Origin: Candidatus Wolframiiraptor gerlachensis
GTDB lineage: Archaea > Thermoproteota > Nitrososphaeria_A > Caldarchaeales > Wolframiiraptoraceae
Assembly (NCBI GenBank): GCA_021323375.2
Contig: JAJPCT020000004.1
Coordinates: 1 to 42,123 of the forward strand
Reading direction: 5' to 3'
Length of the DNA stretch: 42,123 nt
Shown here in pieces: positions 8,485 to 17,827 of this stretch. Each line of letters opens with the position of its first letter. Position 1 is the stretch's first letter. A program made the position numbers and the translations under genes. The notes below the pieces were generated by a model. It was not told the origin of the DNA. It worked only from the letters and a program-made list of their open reading frames with translations, and searched no databases.

Positions 8485-11274
8485 TTAAAAACCTATTTCC
8501 CCGGATACCGTGATATAGTGTAGCTCGACCACCCCGTTCTCCGAGAATATGGAGCCCACGATCATCCTATTATCCTCGCTCCAGACCAGCACCCTGTCAA
8601 CGCCCTTCCCGAGAACCCATTTCTCCACGAAGCCCGTTATGAGCATCCTCAGCTCCTCCTCTGATCCACCCGTGAATGATCCCTCCTCGAAGATGAGGTG
8701 TGGGCTTACTCGCTTGGGATAAACGATCCTCACACCGAGCTCGTGGAGGATGGATAGCGTCAAGTTATGAGCGTCAATCTCCCGGGGGGTGGGCGCGCCA
8801 CCAAGCTCTCTCAGAAAGGCATTGAATGATTCTTGGGGGCTTGATCCAAGCCCAATGTAATATGTTCCGGTGAACTCGGCGCCTATCGTTGCTATTGTCC
8901 CGAGCTGGGCTACAACGCCGCCAGCTGGCGACGTGTATACCGGGATGATGTAAATTAGCTGGTCTCCGATATAATATAGGAGGATATCGCCGATCCTCGG
9001 GTTCTCAAGAAGTGTTCTGAGCTTCCTGAACTCTGCATGCCTCTCAAGGGCCTCCATCGCGGCTGAGGGCCCGAGCAGCTTCGTCTCACCTTCCACAGGC
9101 ACCTTGTAGAAGATCTTCTCGCCGAGATGCGGATAATCGTTCCTGACGATCATGAAGCCTGCGAGATTCCTCCCCAAAGAACCCTTCAGCTGGAGCGAGA
9201 GTATGCCGACGAACTCGGGCTTCTCGAAGCCCGGATACCTCGCGATCACAAAGTATGGCTCAACGCCCTCAGGAATCTCATAAAACTCCCTCGCATGGAT
9301 GAATGTCGCCGGGTCATCAACATGATAATAGTTGAACATCTCGACTTGATACTCGAATACCTCGGCTGGAAACCTAGTCTGATTCCTCAGCCAATATGGG
9401 ATTTCCTCGATCAGTATATCCTTGTAGGCTCTTCTTATAAGCTCGCTGAAGAAGTCGCCTCCAGTTATTATCAACCTCACGTCGCCATGATAAATATCGA
9501 CCAGCGCGTATCCCACGAACCTGACATAGCTATTCCCCTTGCTCCATGGAACGTTGCCGGCCGGAAGCTTGGCTATCAGCGGCATAAGCCAGTAGGTGTT
9601 TTCCCCATCGGTCACCGGGAACATGTCAACGTATCCTCCATCCCACCTGTATGTGAAGTATGGTAGGAGGAGGCCAAGCCTCTCGTAGACGTCCCTGTAT
9701 CTGAGCAGCTTGACCTGCTTATCCGGGTATGAGAGGAGGAATGTCACGTCGTAGAGCCATGTGATCGGCGGATCAACCACGACGCCCCCCCTCCCATTAT
9801 ATCGCGTCCCGGTTATCTCATCGCTCTCCTCCTTCCCGAGTATTATGGCCGCCCATGTTGTCTCGAGAAGACCTCCCTCACCATAGTAGATCCTCCGCTG
9901 CTTGAAGAACGTGGAGCTATCAACTATGCTGCCATTATTGGCGTCAAGGAGGAGGAAGCCGTTCGGCACATGCGTGTATACGAGGTGCTCATTATACCAT
10001 ATGTTCTCGAGCTGAACCCCCCTCGGGAGTATCGGCTTCATCGAGGCGCTCCAGTAAAGCCTGTTCCCGAACCTGATTATATCCGAGTCCTCGAAGTCTA
10101 CATATGGTATCAGGCCTATCTCCGGCTTAAGCTTCGTGAAGGCGGCATCCCAATCCCACAGCCTCACAAGGGATAAGTCGCTATACGCTTCCTCCAAGTT
10201 TATCCTGCCAACTTGGCCTCCCGTAAAATTGTAATGGACTATCGTTATATCCGAAATATCCGCGAGATACCGGTTCACCTCTATCTCCTGCTTGATGTAT
10301 GGGCCGAGCCACTCGACCTTCCTGGCATCAGCTATCCCATTTTGGATTGCCGCCACAGCAGCGACCATTAGCAGGACTAGGATCACGGTCCCGAGCTTTA
10401 TCTTGAAAGCATAGAGGAATCCGGGCCTCCTCCTATCCAAGTATATGAAGAGCAGGAATATGGCCGCGATGGCGAATGCTCCGAGAACGTATACCTTCAT
10501 GTTATAGTCTATGTAGCTTGAGAAGAAGAGGTTGAAGCCTGTCCAAGCGGCGGCTAGGGCTATCAGCGCCTCGATGGTCTCGGCCGGTATACGGAAAAGC
10601 CCCGTCCTGATATACTCGACAACAGTCCTAGCTAATGCCTTGACTATGGCGGTTAAGCCTACTAGGATCATAAGCCTGAGGCCGAGGGCGGAGAGGATCG
10701 GTGGAATGAGCATTATCAGGGCTGGTGCGGAGGATATCACACGAAAGGCGGGCGAGACATCGCCAGCCGAAACAGGGATAAATGGGAGGACGAATAACTC
10801 TAGGATATTCTGGATTCCCAAGTCTACTCCTTGGAACGCGGTGGAGACAGCGAGCCCGAAGATGCTGTTAGCGAAGATCAGGGAGCCGATGAGGATCTTC
10901 GTGACCTGCCATGCCAAGAATCTGCTCATATTAAGCCTGTAAGCCGAGAAGTCTAGGTCGTGAAGCTCTAGATAGCCCGCCCTTCGATAAAACTTCAGGA
11001 TAAGTGAGATTAGCCAGAACGTGAGAGACCTTCTATTCTTGAAATCAACCCGGAAGAAGGCTATCGCCGCGAGGATCAAGCCCCCGAGAAGCGAGTAGTA
11101 GAATGGCCTGATGAATAGATCCCCGAACTCCCAGAGGTTTAGGATGAGCCAGATCGTCTGGGAGATAGCTATGAATGCTATTATCATCATGAGCACAAAT
11201 AGAATGATTAGCCCCACTGGGCTCCTCCTAGTGGAGCGAGGACTGTGGCGGAACACCTTTCCCCCTCCGTACAT
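8485..11274 (-). CDS. UPF0182 family membrane protein
   Basis: Multi-TM N-terminus, then RLWD, HLVYTH, RIYYGEG, NSYVR, VDIYHG and PYFVI motifs. Confidence 0.9.
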   Translation of the reverse strand: MYGGGKVFRHSPRSTRRSPVGLIILFVLMMIIAFIAISQTIWLILNLWEFGDLFIRPFYYSLLGGLILAAIAFFRVDFKNRRSLTFWLISLILKFYRRAGYLELHDLDFSAYRLNMSRFLAWQVTKILIGSLIFANSIFGLAVSTAFQGVDLGIQNILELFVLPFIPVSAGDVSPAFRVISSAPALIMLIPPILSALGLRLMILVGLTAIVKALARTVVEYIRTGLFRIPAETIEALIALAAAWTGFNLFFSSYIDYNMKVYVLGAFAIAAIFLLFIYLDRRRPGFLYAFKIKLGTVILVLLMVAAVAAIQNGIADARKVEWLGPYIKQEIEVNRYLADISDITIVHYNFTGGQVGRINLEEAYSDLSLVRLWDWDAAFTKLKPEIGLIPYVDFEDSDIIRFGNRLYWSASMKPILPRGVQLENIWYNEHLVYTHVPNGFLLLDANNGSIVDSSTFFKQRRIYYGEGGLLETTWAAIILGKEESDEITGTRYNGRGGVVVDPPITWLYDVTFLLSYPDKQVKLLRYRDVYERLGLLLPYFTYRWDGGYVDMFPVTDGENTYWLMPLIAKLPAGNVPWSKGNSYVRFVGYALVDIYHGDVRLIITGGDFFSELIRRAYKDILIEEIPYWLRNQTRFPAEVFEYQVEMFNYYHVDDPATFIHAREFYEIPEGVEPYFVIARYPGFEKPEFVGILSLQLKGSLGRNLAGFMIVRNDYPHLGEKIFYKVPVEGETKLLGPSAAMEALERHAEFRKLRTLLENPRIGDILLYYIGDQLIYIIPVYTSPAGGVVAQLGTIATIGAEFTGTYYIGLGSSPQESFNAFLRELGGAPTPREIDAHNLTLSILHELGVRIVYPKRVSPHLIFEEGSFTGGSEEELRMLITGFVEKWVLGKGVDRVLVWSEDNRMIVGSIFSENGVVELHYITVSGEIGF

Positions 11275-11292
11275 CTATTTCTAGACATTCTA

Positions 11293-12057
11293 TCATTTAA
11301 GGGGTTCCGAGTCCCTCCAGAGATGCTCAAAGTATATCTTGGCTATTCTCGCCAGGCCAGCGTGATCGGACCAGATGGCGAGGGTGGGGCTTCTCCCCTC
11401 CTCCCCGAGTATTATTATTGTTTCATTGGAATCTGCGATTGCTCCCCCGCCGAATAGCTGGTCTCTGAGCCTGACCTCGGCATACTCCTTTAGCCTCATA
11501 GCTAGGGCCCTGTTACAGTCTCTGGAGAGCATTATCTGGACTCTGCCATTCCTCGCCTTTAGGGTCGTAAGTGTTGGGAGAAGTATGGTGAGTATCTCCT
11601 TGCTCATCCATGGTGTGGCTAGCTGGAGTTCGGAATCACAGCCCTCCAAGAGCGACTTAAGCTTAGACAATATATTCAGCTCACCCCTAAGTATCCATAC
11701 ATCATGCTTCTCCCTAGCCCCTAGGCCCTTGGCAATAGGGGAGAGCTCGCTGAGAAGAAAGCTCTCAATTCTCTTAAGATCCCTCTCGATTCTCATCCTA
11801 CTAATCTCTAGGGCGGTCGAAATATTCCTAGCATGATATCTCGCAGGTCTCCCACCCTCACTCCCAATCCACCCCTTCTCCTCAAGGCTCTCAAGAACCT
11901 CATAGACCTTCGAGTATGGTATCTCAGCCGCCTCGCTAATCTGATTAGCCGTCATCTCCCCATGCTGAAGGAGAGCCAGATAAGCCCTCATCTCATACTC
12001 CGTCAAGCCAAGCTTCTGAAACGCCTTTCTAAGTTTCTCGCTGACCGGAACAGTCAT
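11293..12057 (-). CDS. TrmB family transcriptional regulator
   Basis: LGLTEYEMRAYLALL, IPYSKVYEVLESLEEKG and GRPARY, plus a C-terminal effector domain. Confidence 0.9.
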   Translation of the reverse strand: MTVPVSEKLRKAFQKLGLTEYEMRAYLALLQHGEMTANQISEAAEIPYSKVYEVLESLEEKGWIGSEGGRPARYHARNISTALEISRMRIERDLKRIESFLLSELSPIAKGLGAREKHDVWILRGELNILSKLKSLLEGCDSELQLATPWMSKEILTILLPTLTTLKARNGRVQIMLSRDCNRALAMRLKEYAEVRLRDQLFGGGAIADSNETIIILGEEGRSPTLAIWSDHAGLARIAKIYFEHLWRDSEPLK

Positions 12058-12157
12058 GTCACAATTCTAAACAAATCAAGATAGTAATAGTATTCAAGTA
12101 TTGCGAGAAAGGCTGAGAGGAAAAGATGAAAAATGAGGGGAAAAATAGCGGGAATGT

Positions 12158-13801
12158 TTACTCAAACTCCGAGCTACTTTCGGACTTAGATTCTTTTTCC
12201 TCCTTACCTTCCTTCTTCCTAGAAGCGGCGATTACCTCGTCTATTCTCAGGATCATTGCAGAGGCCTCGAAGGCGCTCTTTAAGACTTGCTCTTTGACTT
12301 TCACAGGCTCTATGACGCCGACCTCTACCATGTCCTGAACCTTGCCGGAGAATACCTCGACGCCATAGTTGTGTAGGCCGCGCTCATGTTTCGCCCTAAG
12401 ATCGGTCAGGATCTCCACAGGCTCTAGGCCCGCGTTCTCAGCAAGCGTCCTCGGGATGGTCTCCAGAGCATCAGCGAAGGCGAGCATCGCAAGCTGCTCC
12501 TTCCCAGGATATTTCGGAGCTTCTCTCCTTATGGCTGCAGCCAGAGTCATCTCGATTGCGCCCCCACCGGGGACATATTTCAGGTCCCTGATCAGGGAGA
12601 TCAAGTTCATAATCGCGTCGTTTAGCGCTCTCTCGGCCTCATCTAGCTGCCTTTCGAGGCCGGCTCTTACCAATATCGAGACGGCCTTCGGATTCTTGCA
12701 CTCTTGGACGAATACCATCCTATCCTCTCCGATCTTCCTCTCCTCCACTAGGCCCGCCTCTCCGAGATCCTTCTCCGTCAGATCCTCGAAGTTCGTGACG
12801 ATTCTAGCACCAGTCGCTCTCGCAAGCTTCTCCATGTCCGACGACTTTACCCTCCTGACGGCGAGTATGCCGGCCTTAGCGAGGAAGTATTGAGCTATAT
12901 CGTCTATGCCCTTCTGGCAGAAGACAACATTGGCCCCGACACTCGCGACCTTGTCGACCATCTCCTTCAGTATCCTAGTCTCCTCGTCGAGGAACTGCTT
13001 CACCATGAGCGGATCCCTTATCCTTATCTCAGCGCTGAACTCCGTCTTCTCTATCTCAAACGGAGCATTTATCAGGGCTATCTTAGCATTTACTATCCTC
13101 TTCGGCATCGCCGGGTGAACGACCTCCTTATCGATAATGACACCCCTGATGAGCTCGCTCTCTAACAGGCTCTTACCCATCTTCTTTATGATCTGAATGT
13201 TGTCCTTGTCGGCGTAAAGCCTTCCATCCCTATCCTCAACCGTCTGCAGGACAGCCTCAATTGCGAGCTTGGCTATGTGATCCGTCGCGAACCCAAGGCT
13301 CTTGCTTCCAAGGGATGTCTTAACGATCTTCATCAGCGTCTCTTTATCCTCGAGCTTGACGGGAATGGCCAGCTTATGGAGCTCGTTGAGGGCTATGTCG
13401 AGGGCCCTTCTATAGCCGGTTATAATCGTGCTCGGGTGTATTTTCTGCTCGATCAGGTCCTCAGCCCTCTTTAGGAGCTCGCCAGTAAGTACGACAGCGC
13501 TTGTGGTGCCGTCTCCAACGCTGGTGTCCTGGGCCTTAGCGACCTCGATTAGCATCTTGGCCGCCGGGTGCTCGACATCCATCTTGTCTAAGATTGTCGC
13601 GCCATCATTCGTGACGATGACATCGCCAATTGAGTCGACGAGAATCTTGTCCATCCCCTTTGGGCCGAGGGTGGTCTTCACTATCTCGGCGATTATCTTC
13701 GCCGCAGCGATGTTGTTCCTCATAGCAGCCTTACCTCTAGTCCTGCTAGTGCCCTCCTTCAGTATTAGAACAGGCTGACCAGCACCAACAATTCTGGACA
13801 T
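12158..13801 (-). CDS. ths: Thermosome (group II chaperonin) subunit
   Basis: TLGPKGMDK, TNDGATIL, GDGTTS, PGGGA and ILRID motifs. Confidence 0.97.
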   Translation of the reverse strand: MSRIVGAGQPVLILKEGTSRTRGKAAMRNNIAAAKIIAEIVKTTLGPKGMDKILVDSIGDVIVTNDGATILDKMDVEHPAAKMLIEVAKAQDTSVGDGTTSAVVLTGELLKRAEDLIEQKIHPSTIITGYRRALDIALNELHKLAIPVKLEDKETLMKIVKTSLGSKSLGFATDHIAKLAIEAVLQTVEDRDGRLYADKDNIQIIKKMGKSLLESELIRGVIIDKEVVHPAMPKRIVNAKIALINAPFEIEKTEFSAEIRIRDPLMVKQFLDEETRILKEMVDKVASVGANVVFCQKGIDDIAQYFLAKAGILAVRRVKSSDMEKLARATGARIVTNFEDLTEKDLGEAGLVEERKIGEDRMVFVQECKNPKAVSILVRAGLERQLDEAERALNDAIMNLISLIRDLKYVPGGGAIEMTLAAAIRREAPKYPGKEQLAMLAFADALETIPRTLAENAGLEPVEILTDLRAKHERGLHNYGVEVFSGKVQDMVEVGVIEPVKVKEQVLKSAFEASAMILRIDEVIAASRKKEGKEEKESKSESSSEFE

Positions 13802-13975
13802 CTTCTCACACCTCCCAAAACCGGAGAATCTAGTCCGGAATGAGAGGCTTTGAGCTGAATTTAAGGATTATCAGCCACCCCTTATAAGTGAGGTTGAACG
13901 GCAAATCTTTAATGAAGTTATCCAGCTCCCCAACAAGCTGTGCTATACGCTTGGGGCAACCGCTCAATGAGTCTA

Positions 13976-14212
13976 TTAGGTTGAGTAGTATCCTCTAAGG
14001 AGAGTCCTAGCAGCTCTATCGATATCCTCTCTTCTAACTGTTCTTCTGCCAGCGTATTGTGCTAGGCTTAAGGCCTCTTTTGCTATCGCTATCCCTATCT
14101 CCTCTAGGATTTTCCTGAGCTCTTCTGCCGCATCCTCGCTTGCTCTAGCAGCTCCAGCCTTCTTTATCAGCCTGTGAATAGGTGCTAGTGAAAGCTCCTT
14201 ATCACTCACCAT
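13976..14212 (-). CDS. Archaeal histone (HMf-like)
   Basis: ELSLAPIHRLIKKAGAARAS...AGRRTVRREDI. Confidence 0.93.
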   Translation of the reverse strand: MVSDKELSLAPIHRLIKKAGAARASEDAAEELRKILEEIGIAIAKEALSLAQYAGRRTVRREDIDRAARTLLRGYYST

Positions 14213-14393
14213 ACCAACTCCCTTTCATCGTGTAATTGGTCTCAGATGTATTTATTGGTTTAGCCCGACTTGCAGATACCTCCCGCCGAGGTATTACCCC
14301 GCGAATCCATGATTGCCTACAGAATGCTCATCCCCGCAGCGCCATGAGGGAATTTTTATAATGCAGTACTGCTGAATCTGACTCGATCGAGTA

Positions 14394-15203
14394 ATGTGGA
14401 GGGAGAAGGTCATCTGCCCTCACTGTGGCCGGGAGACACCTAAGGCTCAGTTTTGTAAGTTTTGTGTAAAGCCGATCATCGAGGAAAAACTTGAGGAGGA
14501 AGTGGTTTCCGAGATAGAGGCGCAGGCAGAGAGGGTTAAGCAGGAAGTTCCGGAGGAGGTCGAGAAGAAGCCTCATGAGATCTCGGAGGAGAGAAAGATC
14601 GTGGAGCAGCTCGCGAATTATCTCAACTGGAGGCATAAGCTCCTTGAGCTGTTCCTCGGCGGCGAGGCATCAGCCGAGGTATTCCTAGATCTCTATAAGG
14701 AATATCAGGGGAAGATTAGATCGATTAACTCGAGGAGGCTTGAGCTCATAAACTCGCTCGAGCAGAAGCTAAATGAGTTGACGACCAGGCTTGAGCAGCT
14801 TAGAGTTAGGCATGAGATTGGCGAGATCTCTGACAAACAATACATAACTGAGAAGCTCGCGATAGATAGGGAGATCTCAAAGATTAGGCCTAGGATTGAT
14901 GTGCTGCGGAACTTCCTTGACGTAAAGCTTAGCGATATCCCAGCCTATGAGGAGCGTGTCAGGAGCCTGAGGGAGCGGATCTTGGAGAAGGGATCCCCCC
15001 TCGGCCTGAGTGATCAGGATATCAGCATGATCGCCGGAGACCTTGATGAGACTCTGGAAGCATTAAAGGATCTCATGAAGATTTACGAGAGGTTAAAGAA
15101 GGAGCTTGATAAGATCGAGTTAAGATATAAAATCGGAGAGTTGAGCGAGGAGGAGTATCAGGCAGCGAAGCAGAAGATCGAGAGGCAGATGCAGCTATCC
15201 TAG
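14394..15203 (+). CDS. Zinc-ribbon + CdvA-like coiled-coil protein
   Basis: CPHC...CKFC at the N-terminus, plus two L.VR..IGE.S...Y repeats typical of CdvA-like coiled coils. Confidence 0.65.
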   Translation: MWREKVICPHCGRETPKAQFCKFCVKPIIEEKLEEEVVSEIEAQAERVKQEVPEEVEKKPHEISEERKIVEQLANYLNWRHKLLELFLGGEASAEVFLDLYKEYQGKIRSINSRRLELINSLEQKLNELTTRLEQLRVRHEIGEISDKQYITEKLAIDREISKIRPRIDVLRNFLDVKLSDIPAYEERVRSLRERILEKGSPLGLSDQDISMIAGDLDETLEALKDLMKIYERLKKELDKIELRYKIGELSEEEYQAAKQKIERQMQLS

Positions 15204-15247
15204 CCGCCCGGCAACCTTTATTTCATCGCGTTCTCAAGCCTTATCCT

Positions 15248-15856
15248 ATGGTTAGGATAGTCGTTGTAGCTGTTCCGGGAGCGGGTAAATCCACGATACT
15301 CAAGAAGCTCGTCGAGAAGATCCCGGGGCTTAAGATCGTGAACTTCGGGGACTATATGCTCGAGGAGGCGAGAAAAGCTCTCGGGATATCGGATAGGGAT
15401 GAGATGAGGAAGAGGATTAAGCCAACGGATTATAAGCAGCTCCAGGAGAAGGCGGCTGAGGAGATCTCGAAGCTTGACGGCGACCTGATCATAGATACTC
15501 ATGCCGCGATAAAGACGCCCTACGGATATTATCCTGGCATTCCATCCCGCGTTGCTGAGATATTAAAGCCGGACGCGATAGTTGTCCTCGAGTTTAGACC
15601 CGAGGATATTCTACAGAGAAGGCTGAAGGATCTCCAGGCTGCTGAGGGTCAGAAGAGGCTTAGGGAGATTGAGGCTGCTGAGGAGGTCGAGGAGCACCAG
15701 TTAATCGCTAGAGAGCTAGCGGCGGCCGCCGCAAACCATGTATGCTGCTATCTCGTGCGCCTCAAGTTCATGCATCCACAGAAGTATCCATATCAGCATG
15801 CAGATGAGGCTGCTGAAGCCCTAGCCGACTTGATCAGGAAATTGAAGGGCGAATAA
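15248..15856 (+). CDS. adkA: Archaeal adenylate kinase
   Basis: VPGAGKST, VNFGDYM, DRDEMRK and IIDTH..IKTP.GYYPG motifs. Confidence 0.95.
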   Translation: MVRIVVVAVPGAGKSTILKKLVEKIPGLKIVNFGDYMLEEARKALGISDRDEMRKRIKPTDYKQLQEKAAEEISKLDGDLIIDTHAAIKTPYGYYPGIPSRVAEILKPDAIVVLEFRPEDILQRRLKDLQAAEGQKRLREIEAAEEVEEHQLIARELAAAAANHVCCYLVRLKFMHPQKYPYQHADEAAEALADLIRKLKGE

Positions 15857-15861
15857 CCGCC

Positions 15862-16038
15862 TTATTTCCATTTTATCAACGCTAACCCGACATAGACCGC
15901 TAGGAGAAGTATCCATGCTAGGGTCAGCGCTATCGCCCACGTGGAGATGCTCGAGACTGAAGTGTAGATTATTGGCGTGCAGACGGCGAGCACTAGGAGG
16001 ATTATGGGGATAAGCTGGGTCGCGAGCTCCCTCTTCAT
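15862..16038 (-). CDS. Small 2-TM membrane protein (58 aa), absent from the ORF track
   Basis: MKRELATQLIPIILLVLAVC...VGLALIKWK*, with SD GGGGG before ATG. It fills the gap after trmI. Confidence 0.65.
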   Translation of the reverse strand: MKRELATQLIPIILLVLAVCTPIIYTSVSSISTWAIALTLAWILLLAVYVGLALIKWK

Positions 16039-16072
16039 CGCCCCCTGCTCTACGGCTAGCAGGCTTTAAGGT

Positions 16073-16855
16073 TTAGCTTTCATCTTCCCTGTAAGCCTTT
16101 CTAGCCGCGACTATGTATGCTGTGTGAGCATGCATCTGATGCTCCGGCCGGGTCATCCCCCTCCGCACCCTCATCCTCCTCAATAGTATCTCGACGCATG
16201 AAATGTCGGCAAAGCCTTCCTCCCTCAACCTCTCAACAGTTTCGATTATCTGCTCCATCGTCGGGCTTATAGAGATCAGCACTCCACCATCCCTAAGCGC
16301 CTTCTTCGCATTCGAGACTGCGAGCCATGGAGCGGGTATATCCAAGATGACAGCGTCAACATTTTCTTCATCTATCGACTTTGTTAGATCTCCATGCTTC
16401 AGCTCGACATACTCCCTGAGTCCAAGCCTTTCAAGATGCTTCGCAACAAGCTCCAAGTGCTCCTGCTCGATATCATAACTATAGACCCGCCCGTTCGGCG
16501 CAACATAGTAGGCTAGCATCGTTGTCAGGACCCCGGCCCCGGTCCCGCCCTCAACAACCCTGCTTCCACACCTCACGCCGCTCATCAGGATTATGTAGCC
16601 CAGGTCCTTTGGATAGACTATCTGAGTCACCCTCGGGAAGCTCAACACATGATCAAGAATCGTGGGCTTTAGGGCGACCCAAACAGACCCCGTGTTAGTC
16701 TTAATCCTCGACCCATAGCGCAGGCCGATAACATTCTCCAAGTCAATATAGCCCTCGCTGCTATGGAACCTCCTACCCCTCACCACCTTCAGAAGATACC
16801 TCTTCCCCTTCTGGGTCACGAAAAGAACCTCATCACCCTCTTCTATCATGCTCAT
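16073..16855 (-). CDS. trmI: tRNA (adenine-57/58-N1)-methyltransferase
   Basis: R.TQIVYPKD, VEGGTGAG, ILDIPAPW and HTAYIV motifs. Confidence 0.93.
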   Translation of the reverse strand: MSMIEEGDEVLFVTQKGKRYLLKVVRGRRFHSSEGYIDLENVIGLRYGSRIKTNTGSVWVALKPTILDHVLSFPRVTQIVYPKDLGYIILMSGVRCGSRVVEGGTGAGVLTTMLAYYVAPNGRVYSYDIEQEHLELVAKHLERLGLREYVELKHGDLTKSIDEENVDAVILDIPAPWLAVSNAKKALRDGGVLISISPTMEQIIETVERLREEGFADISCVEILLRRMRVRRGMTRPEHQMHAHTAYIVAARKAYREDES

Positions 16856-16955
16856 CCCAAGAGCTATCTTGAGAACAAGGCTTAAACAATTTAAACAATT
16901 ACTATCCACCAGCCCCGATGAGCTTGGCTACAACGCTTATAGAGCCCCAGCCGGC

Positions 16956-17714
16956 ATGTATTATCCGGTGAGGAGGAGGGCTTTCTTGCTGGGGTTAGCA
17001 TCCCTTGCGGCCGCCGCGATAGCGGGTTTCATCGCCCTCAGCAGGTTAAACTTTTTCACCAGGGAGAGTGGAGAAGTCAAGGAGACCGAGGTGGCCCGTG
17101 TAAGGCTAAAGCTTCCAGAGCCATCCTACAAGAGCCCAGTCTCAATAGAGGAGGCGATACTCGTTAGGAGGAGCATCAGGGAATATGCCGACAAACCGTT
17201 AACCTTGAAGCAGCTCTCCCAGATACTCTGGGCGGCTCAGGGGATAACTGAGAGGCGCTGGGGCTTTAGAGCAGCTCCATCAGCTGGCGCAACATACCCC
17301 CTCGAAATCTATGTCGTGGTCAAGGGTGGAGGGGTGGAGGATCTCGACCCCGGGATCTATCATTATGTGCCAGCCTCGCATGAGATAGAGCTCGTAAAGC
17401 CGGGCGATTATAGTAGGGATCTCATGAGGGCTGCTCTCGGCCAGGAATGGGTTCTAGAGGCGGCCGTGAACCTCGTGATAAACGCGATCTATGAGCGGAC
17501 GACAAGAAGATATGGTGAGCGCGGATACAGATATGTCTACATGGAGGTTGGGCATGTTGGCCAGAACGTCTACCTCCAGTGCGTGAGCCTCGGCCTAGCA
17601 TGCGTCGTGATAGGAGCATTCTATGATGATGAGGTTAAACGGATAGTAGGGCGAATCGGGGAGCCGCTCTACATAATCCCGGTCGGGGTCAAGAAGGAGC
17701 CTTGGATAAGGTAA
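16956..17714 (+). CDS. SagB/ThcOx-family nitroreductase-like flavoprotein with Tat-like signal
   Basis: RRRAFLLG followed by a hydrophobic stretch. Also RRSIREY, RAAPSAGATYPLE, EVGHVGQN and IGAFYDD. Confidence 0.9.
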   Translation: MYYPVRRRAFLLGLASLAAAAIAGFIALSRLNFFTRESGEVKETEVARVRLKLPEPSYKSPVSIEEAILVRRSIREYADKPLTLKQLSQILWAAQGITERRWGFRAAPSAGATYPLEIYVVVKGGGVEDLDPGIYHYVPASHEIELVKPGDYSRDLMRAALGQEWVLEAAVNLVINAIYERTTRRYGERGYRYVYMEVGHVGQNVYLQCVSLGLACVVIGAFYDDEVKRIVGRIGEPLYIIPVGVKKEPWIR

Positions 17715-17740
17715 TAAAAGGGCTGAAACATGTTAATGTT

Positions 17741-17797
17741 GGCGATGAAGAGTCAGAGTTGCGCGGAGCTGATGAAGTGAAGGCATTGGACTGAGCC
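17741..17797 (+). ncRNA. C/D box sRNA
   Basis: GGC stem, C ATGAAGA 17745-51, D' CGGA 17764-67, C' TGATGA 17770-75, D CTGA 17791-94, GCC stem. The D' guide GTCAGAGTTGC is complementary to the recalled archaeal 23S H69 consensus GUAACUCUGAC. Confidence 0.8.
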
Positions 17798-17827
17798 ATC
17801 CATATTCTTCTCATCTCTCATCATAAT

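Larger units (their letters stand above)
7297..8496 (-). mobile_element. IS110-related element with a self-site-targeting guide RNA
   Basis: Direct repeat AAACCTAT at 7297-7304 and 8489-8496. It contains an AT-rich RuvC/DEDD-like ORF and a hairpin RNA with guides matching both flanks. Confidence 0.8.
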
